Positions 52,769 to 62,859 of a stretch of 64,000 bases of DNA are shown in pieces. The stretch lies in the NCBI GenBank assembly GCA_964650385.1, contig CAZYTP010000002.1, positions 5,302 through 69,301 on the forward strand. Reading direction: 5' to 3'. Below the pieces are notes generated by a model. That model was not told the DNA's origin, did not search any database, and saw only the letters and a program-made list of their open reading frames with translations. This DNA comes from an uncultured Syntrophales bacterium (GTDB lineage Bacteria > Desulfobacterota > Syntrophia > Syntrophales > JADFWA01). Every line of letters begins with the position of its first letter. Position 1 is the stretch's first letter. Both the position numbers and the translations under genes were made by a program.

Positions 52769-55220
52769 TAATTATCTCCTTCAGGGCCTTGCCTGTTCTG
52801 TTCATCCATTGATTGACTTTTTCAATTTCATGTTTGTTCGATATTTTTGTTTGTATGATAAATTCCAGTATTTCGTTACAGAGATCGACGGCTTCCATCA
52901 GGTTTTTTTCAAGGAAATGCAGGCCAAGCTTACCGAAGACGACGCCAACATCAGCAAAATCGTTGATTGTCAATTCTACCTCGACACCTTCGTCTTTTGA
53001 TAATTCAATTACAGAATCTATGGCTTTTTCCCATTCCCCACATTTGGCAAGCACGTAAATGGCCCCCACCTTATACCTGATGTTCCAGGGATCTTCATTA
53101 CGGGCATTACTCAGGTGTTTAATGCCTTCTTCCATGTTTCCCATTCCCACCAGCGCCATTCCGTAAAGATAAGATGCTCTTGCAAAATCTGCCCTGTTAT
53201 TTTTGGCTTTTATAATTTCAATATAAGACTCCAGCGCATAAATATCTTCATATCTATTATTCGTAAGATTTATTTCCGCATTAGACAGAATCAACTCTAT
53301 GGAATCAGGAAACATTTTCAACCCTTTGCGAACAAGCTCCGTTATTATGGCGGGGATTTTGCCTGTGGAAACATAATATTCAGCAATCTTTCCCAAAAGG
53401 ATGGGGTCTTCTATCTCGATTTTTTCTAACCACGAAAGCGCGGTATCGAGTTCCCCAAGTTTTAAAAAGTAAGTAAATCCCTTCAGTGCCTTTTTGGATT
53501 CAGAAATAGAACTGAAGGACGCACGGACTGCACTCATTTTTCGCCGTGCTCTCTTTTCTTGATCGATTTTCGAATGAATAATTCTAAATTGCTCATTCCG
53601 TTCAATTTTTATGTCTGTGTTACGAATTGATTTATCCACACACTCGTAAGCTTCGCCACTAAACTTAATGCCTTTATTAGCGGGAAACAGCCGTATCTGA
53701 TAATCCGCTTCATTTGTTTTCGGCAGGCGCAGCATTACCGCGATTTCTTCGTCCTTGTCTTCAGGTTCGACTCTTATTTGGTAGGCTTTGTTACGATCTG
53801 CCGGCATGATCTGTTTGAATAGACCTAAGTTTATTCTTTCTCTCGCATCGATGAATTCGTCCGCATCGAGATACAGGACATAATCGCCCGTCACTTTCTC
53901 AAGAGCAAGATTTCTTGCCTTTGAAAAATCGTCTTCCCACGGAGCATCTATGATAATATCCGTAAACTCCCTGACAATTTTTTTTGTGCCATCCGTGGAT
54001 CCTGTATCTACAACGATGATTTCTTCAGCCATAGGTGCTATAGATTCAAGCGCTTTGCGTATGTTATGTTCTTCATCCCGTGCTATCATACAAACACTCA
54101 GTTTTACCGGTTTCCAGTTTTCCTTTTCGACGATTTGAATAATTGGTCGGAAGTTTTCTTCAAGGGGATAGCTTTGAGCACGCTTTAAGAGGGAAAGGGC
54201 TTTGTCTTTTCGTCCCTGGAGCAGGGAAACCTTTGCCAGTGCGGATAGAGCTTCACCGAGGGTTTTATCAGGGGCAGATTCAATATATTTTTCAAGACAG
54301 AGAACTGCCTTTTCCAGATCAAGAAAGTTGGCGTAAATTATGCCGCCAATCTTGTAGGGTTCGAGAGTATCAAAAAACTCCCACTGCTCTTTCCATGTTT
54401 CGAAGAACTCTCTCGCCTCATTGTACCTGCCAAACTGTCCAAGATAACACAGCATGCTCAGATACATTCTCTCACCACCCAAACCCATCGAAAGCCCTTT
54501 GTGGTATGTAACCAAGTCATTCATTGTCAATACGGAATAGATAAGAGAGTTGTCTTCGAGTTCAAACAAGTTGTCCTCTTCCACCGGTCCACATGACAGT
54601 TCGCCTTTCAAATATTTAAGCCCTTGTTCTTTATCTCCTGCAATAGGTTCTTCTTTCTGTTCCTTCCAGCAGGGATGGATTTCAATTTCAGCAAAATGAC
54701 CATGTTTTAATGAAAAGAGATTCTTTTTTGAGCCGGCAACCATTGCCTCAAGAATATCAAGGAGGTGACGATGATGGACCAGGCGAATTTCAATTTTTGA
54801 TGTGTATGCAGAATCCTTTATATATTTATATTGTTCAGTGATCTTCATCCATTGATAGTTCTCAAGAATTTCCGGCCCCATGGAATCCTTAACGATCAGG
54901 CTGTATCCCTGCAGAGAACTTTCATTAAGTATTTTGTCGAGTTTGATATTAGGCTTGAGTACCGGTTTCTCGTCTGGCTTTACAAAAAGTATCCAATCCG
55001 ATCCTACAGCCCGCTTCACGTCTTTTTCAATACCGGCCAGGGAAGACTCATTTTGCACAATGGTCACCCCTTTTTGTTTAGCTACAGTTATACTGTCATC
55101 CATGGATTTAAGATCGATGTAAACTATATTTTGGCTCAATTTCAGACAACTATCAATGCATTCTCCTAACAGGTCAGAGTTATCCTTGCCAACAATGCAT
55201 ATTGATAAATTATTTTGCAT
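52761..55220 (-). CDS. Tandem [GT2-like]-[TPR]-[GT2]-[TPR] protein
   Basis: 819 aa. The second GT2 (from about aa 373: LSVCMIARDEEHNIRKALESIAPMAEEIIVVDTGSTDGTKKIV...YVLYLDADEF) is intact. The first (aa 5-190: LSICIVGKDNSDLLGECIDSCLKLSQNIVYIDLKSMDDSI...WILFVKPDE) has KPDE in place of the DxD motif. TPR-like repeats follow each. Confidence 0.75.
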   Translation of the reverse strand: MQNNLSICIVGKDNSDLLGECIDSCLKLSQNIVYIDLKSMDDSITVAKQKGVTIVQNESSLAGIEKDVKRAVGSDWILFVKPDEKPVLKPNIKLDKILNESSLQGYSLIVKDSMGPEILENYQWMKITEQYKYIKDSAYTSKIEIRLVHHRHLLDILEAMVAGSKKNLFSLKHGHFAEIEIHPCWKEQKEEPIAGDKEQGLKYLKGELSCGPVEEDNLFELEDNSLIYSVLTMNDLVTYHKGLSMGLGGERMYLSMLCYLGQFGRYNEAREFFETWKEQWEFFDTLEPYKIGGIIYANFLDLEKAVLCLEKYIESAPDKTLGEALSALAKVSLLQGRKDKALSLLKRAQSYPLEENFRPIIQIVEKENWKPVKLSVCMIARDEEHNIRKALESIAPMAEEIIVVDTGSTDGTKKIVREFTDIIIDAPWEDDFSKARNLALEKVTGDYVLYLDADEFIDARERINLGLFKQIMPADRNKAYQIRVEPEDKDEEIAVMLRLPKTNEADYQIRLFPANKGIKFSGEAYECVDKSIRNTDIKIERNEQFRIIHSKIDQEKRARRKMSAVRASFSSISESKKALKGFTYFLKLGELDTALSWLEKIEIEDPILLGKIAEYYVSTGKIPAIITELVRKGLKMFPDSIELILSNAEINLTNNRYEDIYALESYIEIIKAKNNRADFARASYLYGMALVGMGNMEEGIKHLSNARNEDPWNIRYKVGAIYVLAKCGEWEKAIDSVIELSKDEGVEVELTINDFADVGVVFGKLGLHFLEKNLMEAVDLCNEILEFIIQTKISNKHEIEKVNQWMNRTGKALKEIING

Positions 55221-55282
55221 CTTTGCTCCTTATCAACTCAGAATCCGGATTTTGTGATAGAAAACTCTTGTAAAATATGGAT

Positions 55283-56365
55283 TTAGATTACTGCCAGGAA
55301 CAAGTTTTTACACTCATAAATAACGTGGGCCATTATCTGTTCAAGGCTGACACTGTCATGATAAAATGCCTTGCAATTCTCATAGCCTTGCGGGCATTCA
55401 TCTGCCACTCTTCCGCATGGCGAGCAATCGATTTCACTGGCCATGCAAACTACATTTTTGTGCCACCGAAAGATTCCAGGCTTGGTGGTGCTCAAAAGGG
55501 CAATCGTCCTTACGCCGAGGATATTTGCAAGATGTACAGGAAAGGAGTCTATCCCTATCACCATGTCCATCTGTTTTGTCAGCGCTGCCAGTTCAAATGT
55601 CGTGGTTCTCCCGGAATAATCATAATATCCATGTATCGGAAAGACATATCCGTCATTTAATCTCTGGGTTCCGAAACGATAAACTTCAAAACCCGTTTCA
55701 ATCATGGTAGAGATCAACTGATGAGCCAACCCATTTGGATAATTTCTTATTGCCCCTTTTGATTCAAAGTTTACACCTATGCGAACTTTTTTGTTGTTCG
55801 TTACTTTTATGCGCTGGAGGATATCGTTCGGGATAGAATAATAACCGTGGCATTGAGCTATATCAATCCGATAGGCCTGGGCAAGTTCCTCCATGATACA
55901 TCTTTCCCATCTTCTTGTCTGATCCGGTATAAAGTTTGTCACATCCGTTTGAATGTAGTCATATTCATCTATTGTTTCGATTTCGATCGGAAAGGTGAGT
56001 CGCTTTCCACTAAAACCCATGGGTTTTAAAACGTAATGCCAGACATCATGGTTGCAAGAGATATCAATATGCAGGTTGTATTTTTTTTCAATAAGATGGA
56101 GTAAAATGGTTACTGAAATAGCATCCCCAAAGCCTCCATGAAATATAAAGAGAACCCTTGTCGAATTATTCCCAGGCGTTAATATTTCTTGGGGCAGATG
56201 GCGTAAATCATTTTCATTTCCAACAACCTTACCCCAGTTCTGGTTGAGTATACCCTCAAGAAGAAGGTCATGAACCAGATAAACAAACCCACGGTGCAAG
56301 GTCTTCCCTCCAAAATGTGGATCGTTTACTTCAACTTTATTTTCAGTAATTTCGACTAAACGCAT
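55283..56365 (-). CDS. GT9-like (heptosyltransferase-family) glycosyltransferase
   Basis: 360 aa. FIFHGGFGDAISVTILLHLIEKKY and MVIGIDSFPVHLANILGVRTIALLSTT resemble GT9 N- and C-domain motifs. Confidence 0.6.
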   Translation of the reverse strand: MRLVEITENKVEVNDPHFGGKTLHRGFVYLVHDLLLEGILNQNWGKVVGNENDLRHLPQEILTPGNNSTRVLFIFHGGFGDAISVTILLHLIEKKYNLHIDISCNHDVWHYVLKPMGFSGKRLTFPIEIETIDEYDYIQTDVTNFIPDQTRRWERCIMEELAQAYRIDIAQCHGYYSIPNDILQRIKVTNNKKVRIGVNFESKGAIRNYPNGLAHQLISTMIETGFEVYRFGTQRLNDGYVFPIHGYYDYSGRTTTFELAALTKQMDMVIGIDSFPVHLANILGVRTIALLSTTKPGIFRWHKNVVCMASEIDCSPCGRVADECPQGYENCKAFYHDSVSLEQIMAHVIYECKNLFLAVI

Positions 56366-56393
56366 TTCTCTTCATCCAGTGTATTAGAAGGAA

Positions 56394-57551
56394 TTATACT
56401 GCGTACGTCAGGCCATTAAATTGTTCGGCTGCAGACTTCCAGCTAAACTTCTCCATAGATTTCCCGGCAGCATCTCCAATGGTAGCGAGAGAAGTTCTGT
56501 TATTGTAGGCCCAGTCAAGCCTGTCAATAATCTCGTCTATATTCGGATCATCCCATTCGGCGACTCTCGTTCCATTGTTGGATATAATAAAAGATTTCAT
56601 TCTCTTTAGCATTAAGGCATTATGCTCGTTAGCCACATCACGATGTCCTGAAGAATTGGATACGATTGCAGGCTTTCCACAGGCCAGGTATTCCATTAAA
56701 ACAAGGTTTGTGCCTCCTTCGCAGCGGTTTGGGAAAAGCCCACAATCAGTATTTTTATAGATACTGGCCATGGCGACATTCGGTTTTGGCGGCAAAGTGA
56801 CTACGTTCTTCGGATCTATGCCATTCATTAAAAGTAGATTTTCAATGGTCTGAAAATAATTATCCGATTCAAATTTAAAGTGAATATATGGTGACGCCGA
56901 CATGGTTTGCATGCTGGAGGACCATGGATTAAACCATGAGTTTACCAGCAAGACATCATCGTATTTATCCTGCAACACCTTAAAGGCTCTGATTACGAGA
57001 TCCTGGCCTTTGCGAAATTCTAATTTTCCACCGGAAAAAATGACAAATTTATCATCGAAAAGGGTCTTCTGGTTTTCACATGCATTGAATATCGTGCGAT
57101 CCACTCCCTGCAATATACAACCGGTATTTTGAAGTCCATGCTGTTTGAGGACATTTTCGCACCAGGAAGATCCTGCCACAACAATGTCGAAGATCTGGCG
57201 TGCGTCTTCAATGCTCTGCGATGGGAGGAAGGAGTGTTCGAAAAATGTATAGCCGATATTTGGTTTACCCTTGATCTTATTTTCTATAGGTAACAGGTTG
57301 TGTCCCATAATTGCCTGGATCACGGGTTCCGGCAGAGCACCTTTCAGGCCAGTCGCAAAGGCTTCTCGATCGGCAAATACACTCTTCAAAAAAAGGTGAT
57401 CAAGCTCATCGTTTATTTTATTCATTTCGTCCGGATTGGCAAGGAGCTTCGTTGCGGTTATCTTTGCGAGTTCCTTTGCAAGATATTTTCCGCACACACC
57501 CCATCCAAAATTATTTCCGAGGGGGAAAACCAAATAAAGCATAATTCTCAA
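56394..57551 (-). CDS. GT4/GT1-type (GT-B) glycosyltransferase
   Basis: 385 aa. FVIFSGGKLEFRKGQDLVIRAFKVL and the E-x7-E region PNRCEGGTNLVLMEYLACGKPAIVSNSSG. Confidence 0.7.
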   Translation of the reverse strand: MRIMLYLVFPLGNNFGWGVCGKYLAKELAKITATKLLANPDEMNKINDELDHLFLKSVFADREAFATGLKGALPEPVIQAIMGHNLLPIENKIKGKPNIGYTFFEHSFLPSQSIEDARQIFDIVVAGSSWCENVLKQHGLQNTGCILQGVDRTIFNACENQKTLFDDKFVIFSGGKLEFRKGQDLVIRAFKVLQDKYDDVLLVNSWFNPWSSSMQTMSASPYIHFKFESDNYFQTIENLLLMNGIDPKNVVTLPPKPNVAMASIYKNTDCGLFPNRCEGGTNLVLMEYLACGKPAIVSNSSGHRDVANEHNALMLKRMKSFIISNNGTRVAEWDDPNIDEIIDRLDWAYNNRTSLATIGDAAGKSMEKFSWKSAAEQFNGLTYAV

Positions 57552-57649
57552 CCTTCTGTATCTTATATTTCCTGTCGTAAAATTGATTGCTATACGATAC
57601 TGTAAATATTACATGCCTTTCAGAGTTAAAATATCAAATCGTGCCTTTC

Positions 57650-58441
57650 TCATTCCTTTTCACAGAACACCCTAAGTCTCTTGTACTTTTGCGTTGTTCC
57701 TCGCGGGACATCATAAAAGTTGTAATATTCCCCGTTATCGAACAAATTGTAAAAGGCCCTGAATGGCGAACAAGTGCCACTCATGGCGCCTTCTCTGTTG
57801 GATTGTGGTTTTCTATTAAAGAACATTTTATGCTCCTCAGTTAAGTTGTTGATAGCCTTAGAATCCCTTATTATGCTGGCGTAATCGAAAAGCTCTGTTT
57901 TAATATTAAAAGTCCCTTCATTAATATGGAACATGGGCAAATCAACGGGGTGGATATTCCATGTGTCTTCGTTATCCAACATGGCTATTTTGAAACGCAG
58001 CCCCCGCTCTATCCAATGATCAAGACTGTTATTTTGATGTTTCTCATCCCATTCCGAGTCCCAGATTAATTCCCAATTGTCCCTCACAATAAATTTATGA
58101 CTCTTGTAACGTTTGATTGACATGAAGGTAATGGTGCCGTTCATGTTTAAACCCGGACTATACGAAAAGAATAAACCATCTGGATGATTTGTATAGCAAA
58201 AATGAGCGACATTATTCACATTACTTCCGTGCAGGTGACCAAGATGTTCTGTACGACTCATCCCCCAAAACACATCACCGGTAATTACTATGTGCGGCAA
58301 ATAAAAACCTTCGCTATGTAATGGCCTGTTGCTGGGGAGAGAATCGTCGGGGATCATGTAGGTATATAAGGAATACCCGTCGATTAATTTTTGTGTGAGA
58401 TCATTGTTGTCATTCATTTGGGTTATTTCCAGACCTTCCAA
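57650..58441 (-). CDS. Hypothetical protein (orphan within the glycan operon)
   Basis: 263 aa. No TM or signal and no motif I recognise. There is a His-rich patch TEHLGHLHGSNVNNVAHF and the protein is W/F/Y-rich. It is co-oriented and tightly spaced with flanking glycan genes. Confidence 0.5.
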   Translation of the reverse strand: MEGLEITQMNDNNDLTQKLIDGYSLYTYMIPDDSLPSNRPLHSEGFYLPHIVITGDVFWGMSRTEHLGHLHGSNVNNVAHFCYTNHPDGLFFSYSPGLNMNGTITFMSIKRYKSHKFIVRDNWELIWDSEWDEKHQNNSLDHWIERGLRFKIAMLDNEDTWNIHPVDLPMFHINEGTFNIKTELFDYASIIRDSKAINNLTEEHKMFFNRKPQSNREGAMSGTCSPFRAFYNLFDNGEYYNFYDVPRGTTQKYKRLRVFCEKE

Positions 58442-58488
58442 AAGATATAGATTTTTCTCGTGTTGGAATACCTGCCAAACCGAAACGA

Positions 58489-59778
58489 TTAAACGAATTC
58501 AACAAGTCCCTTTTCCTGATATTTGAGAATATATTCGAAAACTTCTATGTATGGCAGCCGATGCTTTTGTGCGATGTCAAGGACTGTAGTCTTCTCATCA
58601 AAATATCTTGGCAAACAGTCCATCAAATAATTCCATTTTTTTTGATCTCTACAAACAGAGGACTGAATAGATGGATCAGTGCCTGGTGACACATACAGGT
58701 CATATTTTGGATTACTTAGGGCGATTAATCCCTGGAATTTTCTCCTAATCCTACAATTTGACTCCACTATTTTTAAGGTGTCTAGAAACGCTTCAACACT
58801 TTCCTCTGATTTGTCTTGTAAAATAATATCTTCATTGTCCATACTTGTATGGTATTCGCGAAAAGGAAAGCGTGAAATAGATACAGTTGGAATTTCATAT
58901 CCGGGTGATTCCCAGACTGTTTCGTCATTGCCAATAATTTTCCTGAATTTATCTGAAAAATAATCAGGGTGTTTATGTGTAAAAAAATGGTGGAATGCCT
59001 TGTCGAGAACAGACTCACCCGTAAACGATTCCTGCAATGCAAACCTGTTATTATTCCCTAAAGCTTCCAGGAATATACAATACTTAAAAGTCTTTAACTG
59101 ATCGCTCCTCACCCTGGACAAGTAGAACACTGTTCCCAGATGTTCGGGGCAGACAATCAACCGGTAACTATATTTTCGTTTTTGCTTGCGCAAACGCTTC
59201 ATGAGTTCAACACCAACAACAACGCCGGATATATCGTCATTGGCCTGTCCTGCATGACAGTTATGTGCATTGAGGATAATCGTATCGTCTTTTTCCCCTT
59301 GAAGAAAATAATCGCAAATCTTCATGGTCCCTTGAGAAAATTCAGTCTGAAGATCAATTTCATATTCACCCACTCCCAATCTTCTATACAGTGAGTAGGG
59401 GACACTAAACCCCCAATCTGATAGCCAAGGCTTGTAGTAATAATCGCAGTGATATCCGATGGCATCTGGCCAATCTTTCCTGTATGTCAAATGACGTTTT
59501 AAAACATCAAGTGAAACATGGCCTTGAAAAGATTTGGCATACCCCATGACTCCAAGTGGATGTCGCTTGCCATCATAAATAATCCTTCCATCCTTCCTGA
59601 TTTCTGCCTTTTCTACATGCCAGCTGTAGGGAACGGACCAACCGTTGAGTTCTTCCCCCGGTTGAAACTCATGCACCGTAAATGGAAGTTCTTCTTTCAA
59701 TATTTCAACGCACCTGTCCGTATCCGGCGAATTTGGTGCAAGTCTCAAAGTGTAGAGGGACTTCAAAAGCTTAAGCAT
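58489..59778 (-). CDS. DUF4910/aminopeptidase-like domain protein with C-terminal winged-helix
   Basis: 429 aa. ILNAHNCHAGQANDDISGVVVGVELMKRL is an M28-like metal-site region. The C-terminus TTVLDIAQKHRLPYIEVFEYILKYQEKGLVEF is wHTH-like. This architecture recurs in polysaccharide loci. Confidence 0.6.
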   Translation of the reverse strand: MLKLLKSLYTLRLAPNSPDTDRCVEILKEELPFTVHEFQPGEELNGWSVPYSWHVEKAEIRKDGRIIYDGKRHPLGVMGYAKSFQGHVSLDVLKRHLTYRKDWPDAIGYHCDYYYKPWLSDWGFSVPYSLYRRLGVGEYEIDLQTEFSQGTMKICDYFLQGEKDDTIILNAHNCHAGQANDDISGVVVGVELMKRLRKQKRKYSYRLIVCPEHLGTVFYLSRVRSDQLKTFKYCIFLEALGNNNRFALQESFTGESVLDKAFHHFFTHKHPDYFSDKFRKIIGNDETVWESPGYEIPTVSISRFPFREYHTSMDNEDIILQDKSEESVEAFLDTLKIVESNCRIRRKFQGLIALSNPKYDLYVSPGTDPSIQSSVCRDQKKWNYLMDCLPRYFDEKTTVLDIAQKHRLPYIEVFEYILKYQEKGLVEFV

Positions 59779-60340
59779 TGTTTCTCCAGTCAGGAACTGA
59801 AAGACCGAAAATTAACTCATCCTGATATGTTCCGTTAACCATCCATTGTTTTTTCAGTGTGCCCTCCAAGATAAAGCCGGCCTTTAAAAATGCCTTTGCG
59901 GAACCGGCATTGCCCGCATAACATCCCGATCTCAATTTGTTGAGATTGAGGACATCAAAGGCGAACCCGGAAAGGATTTTTATGGCCTCCGTTGCGAGGC
60001 CCCTCCCCCAGCATTGTTTTTCACCGATCAGGAGACTGATGTCCGCAAAACGGTGAATCCAGTTTATCGGTCCCAGTTTTATGTTGCCGATATGCATATC
60101 ATTTTCTTTTAGACAGATTGCCAGGAAAATCTCATCCGGATTTTCGTCCATTTTTTCCACAAATTCTTTGATGTTTTGTAGTGATCGCGGGATATATCTG
60201 GTTTCAAGGTACCTGTTTACCTCCGGGTCATTTAACCAACTGCAGTAATTTTCGTTAACATCCGAGATGCGAACCTCTCGCAGATAAATCTGTTTGCCTT
60301 CGATAAATGGTCTAAAAGTGCTCTTTTTGTCTTTCACCAT
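59771..60340 (-). CDS. GNAT-family N-acetyltransferase (RimJ/RimL-like)
   Basis: 189 aa. YLREVRISDVNENYCSWLNDPEVNRYLETR and the acetyl-CoA motif QCWGRGLATEAIKILSGFAFDVLNLNKL. Confidence 0.8.
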   Translation of the reverse strand: MVKDKKSTFRPFIEGKQIYLREVRISDVNENYCSWLNDPEVNRYLETRYIPRSLQNIKEFVEKMDENPDEIFLAICLKENDMHIGNIKLGPINWIHRFADISLLIGEKQCWGRGLATEAIKILSGFAFDVLNLNKLRSGCYAGNAGSAKAFLKAGFILEGTLKKQWMVNGTYQDELIFGLSVPDWRNNA

Positions 60341-60364
60341 CTCTACCCTTACCCTTTTGTATTA

Positions 60365-61396
60365 TTACTGTTCCTTTTTTATTCCCTCTGAGTCATAAAT
60401 GGCCTGATACCCCATCGCATCTTCCAGGCACTTCGCCGGGGTGTAAAATCGCATTCCTGTCTTGAGTTCCCCGATGAGAGATTTGCCATTTTCATCCACT
60501 ATGTTTTTTATGACAAGTGTCCCCTGCTTTGTGGCAACAAAGACAGCGTTATTTGATATTTTATATATTAAACCGGCCTGGAAGGGATGGAATGGACCGT
60601 CGTTGAACTCAAGGTAACAATCTTTCAGAAACCCCCTTTTTTCTTTTAAAAAGGTTGAGGCCCCCGGATATGGGTCATCGAAAGCACATATAAACGATTC
60701 TATGTCTTCACTGTCCCAGTTCCAATCAATATAGCCGTGCTGTAGAGTATAGAGCCTCGGGAAATAGATACTGAAGTTTTCCTGAACCTTCATAAGGGGG
60801 AAATCTTTTTCCATGGATACTTCCTCTAAGAATGCCTCAAGAAAATCCAGTTCCTGCTCAACTGCGGAGTCAAAGTAGTCCTGTGGTATTCGAACTGATG
60901 GTGGAAAGAGGTATTCCCTCGTTTTAATAATTTCTCCGGAATCGAACTCTCCCTGAATCATTTCTTCATTTATGATTTGTAAGTTGCAGCAACCTATCCG
61001 GTTCTTTCTTAGTATTTGCCATGAGTAGTGGGCACCCCCCCGGTACTGAGGTAGGCGAATTCCCATAAAATCGATAAGTCTGCCGTCAAAAAGATCAATA
61101 AGTTCCTTATTAAAACTCCAGGTTTCGCCAATTCCGATACCCAGAGTGTTTTCTGTAATGACGCTTTTAATATGAGGATCGTTGTTGATGTCAGGGGTGT
61201 CATAATATGGAATGTTGTTCTCATTTAATATTTCTTCAAGTTTTTTACTTTCGTGAAAAATAGTTTCCTCCAGGTGCCTGGAACTGCTGAAGACGTCTAT
61301 GCGATATTTGCCATTTTTTGCAATACTCCGGGCAAAAGCGGCAAGGAGTGAAGCGCCACCGAATAGTATGATGTGATCAATTTTGCCAAAATTCAT
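60365..61396 (-). CDS. Formyltransferase-family protein (sugar N-formyl/acyl transferase candidate)
   Basis: 343 aa. IDFMGIRLPQYRGGAHYSWQILRKNRIGCCNLQII corresponds to the formyl_trans_N catalytic region (HxSLLPxxRG-like). Confidence 0.7.
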   Translation of the reverse strand: MNFGKIDHIILFGGASLLAAFARSIAKNGKYRIDVFSSSRHLEETIFHESKKLEEILNENNIPYYDTPDINNDPHIKSVITENTLGIGIGETWSFNKELIDLFDGRLIDFMGIRLPQYRGGAHYSWQILRKNRIGCCNLQIINEEMIQGEFDSGEIIKTREYLFPPSVRIPQDYFDSAVEQELDFLEAFLEEVSMEKDFPLMKVQENFSIYFPRLYTLQHGYIDWNWDSEDIESFICAFDDPYPGASTFLKEKRGFLKDCYLEFNDGPFHPFQAGLIYKISNNAVFVATKQGTLVIKNIVDENGKSLIGELKTGMRFYTPAKCLEDAMGYQAIYDSEGIKKEQ

Positions 61397-61442
61397 AAAA
61401 TTACCTCATGGGGAACCCCGTCCTTCAAGGTGGGGGTCTCTT

Positions 61443-62231
61443 TTATGTGTGCAGACGAATCGGGATGCCGGCGTTTTTGATCTGAGAACGGGTCTGCATC
61501 GGGTTTTCATCCTTGAAACAGAAATATGTCCCTGCAGAAACGGCGGCTGTCTTACCAACGGTAAATCCATCCACGAAATGGGAGGCCAGGCCGCAACCAC
61601 CCGATGTAATAACCGGAATGGATACTGCTTCGACAACCTGTCTCGTCAGTTCCAGATCCAGGCCACTGCGGGTACCATCTCTGTCAATGGAGGTTAAAAG
61701 GATCTCTCCGGCTCCCCGTTTTTCAGCTTCAATGGCCCACTCGATCGGGTCAAGAGGGGTTTCCCTCTTTCCATTTTCTGTCCATACCCTGTACGTACCG
61801 TCATAATTTATTCGATAATCAATGCTCAGGACCACACACTGTGCCCCGAAAATTTCCGCTGCTTCGTTAATGAGATCCGGTGTATCAACGGCGGCGGTGT
61901 TGATGCTGATCTTATCCGCACCGCTCGAGAGCAGCCTTCTGAAATCATCGGTTGATCGGACGCCCCCGCCTACTGTAATGGGCATGAATATCTCCTCGGC
62001 GGATTTTTTCAGAATTTCTATTAATGTATCGCGGTTCTCCGGCGATGCGTTGAGATCGAGAAAGATCAATTCATCTGCAGCCTGGGCCTGGTAGATTTTG
62101 GCCTGTGATATGGGGTCGCCGATCTCGATAACTTTGCCGAACTGAATAGTCGTCACCAGAACCATCCGGGTTTTTGCACCCAGGCAACTTGGCTTCATCT
62201 GGAGCTTTGGGATAAGTCGTCGTTTCAGCAT
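61443..62231 (-). CDS. hisF: HisF-like cyclase subunit paralogue (glycan amidotransferase partner)
   Basis: Start at ATG 62231 (MLKRRLIPKLQMK). DELIFLDL, TVGGGVRS, GADKISINTAA, GAGEILLTSIDRDGT and PVITSGG are HisF barrel motifs. The genomic context (hisH plus PP-loop amidotransferase) is the WbuX/Y/Z-type trio, not histidine biosynthesis. Confidence 0.9.
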   Translation of the reverse strand: MLKRRLIPKLQMKPSCLGAKTRMVLVTTIQFGKVIEIGDPISQAKIYQAQAADELIFLDLNASPENRDTLIEILKKSAEEIFMPITVGGGVRSTDDFRRLLSSGADKISINTAAVDTPDLINEAAEIFGAQCVVLSIDYRINYDGTYRVWTENGKRETPLDPIEWAIEAEKRGAGEILLTSIDRDGTRSGLDLELTRQVVEAVSIPVITSGGCGLASHFVDGFTVGKTAAVSAGTYFCFKDENPMQTRSQIKNAGIPIRLHT

Positions 62232-62238
62232 ATATGTC

Positions 62239-62856
62239 TCACTGTTTCCACCTGAGAAAATTATCGAGGACCCGCAGGCCGTGGTCCTGACTCTTCTCGG
62301 GGTGAAACTGGGTGGCAAAGACATTATTTTTCCTGATGGCTGCCGTTATCGCGCCACCGTAGTCGCAGGTTGCCTCCACGTCACCTGAATTATCGCAGTT
62401 GACATAATAGGAATGTACGAAGTAGAAGTCACCGTTCTCGGGGAGGCCATCAAAAAGGACGCTTTCACGGCGAGGGAGAATCTCGTTCCAGCCTATGTGC
62501 GGTACACGCAGGCCGGAATCGTCCGGTTTGATGCGAATGACATCCCCTTCTATCCAGCCGAGACCCTGGTGTTCCCCCCCCTCAAAGCTCTTTCGAGCCA
62601 TGGCCTGCATTCCCAGGCAGATGCCGAGTATGGGAATCCCCCGGTCGAATACAACCGTTTCAAGTGCATCAACGAACCCCCTGGATTTCAGTTTTTCCAT
62701 GAAGTCGGCGAATGCCCCCACACCGGGAAGGACGATCTTGTCAATTCCATCAAGATCTTGGGGACTTCTGCAAAACACCGAATCACATCCGAGGTAGTAC
62801 AGGGCGTTTCTTACCGAGAGCAGGTTTCCCGTATCACAGTCTATAATGCCGATCAT
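62239..62856 (-). CDS. hisH: HisH-like glutamine amidotransferase subunit paralogue
   Basis: 205 aa. MIGIIDCDTGNLLSVRNAL, LPGVGAF, GICLGMQ (catalytic Cys) and QFHPEKS. Confidence 0.9.
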   Translation of the reverse strand: MIGIIDCDTGNLLSVRNALYYLGCDSVFCRSPQDLDGIDKIVLPGVGAFADFMEKLKSRGFVDALETVVFDRGIPILGICLGMQAMARKSFEGGEHQGLGWIEGDVIRIKPDDSGLRVPHIGWNEILPRRESVLFDGLPENGDFYFVHSYYVNCDNSGDVEATCDYGGAITAAIRKNNVFATQFHPEKSQDHGLRVLDNFLRWKQ

Positions 62857-62859
62857 GCC

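Noticed and set aside
61383-61806. ORFs 61383..61697 (+), 61406..61636 (-) and 61513..61806 (+) around the formyltransferase/hisF-like junction.
   Set aside because: They overlap the well-supported HisF-like gene or its 47-nt spacer in other frames, and their composition is GC-skew-driven. The long ORF-track N-terminus of the hisF-like gene (62324) was also trimmed to ATG 62231, because the extension overlaps hisH.
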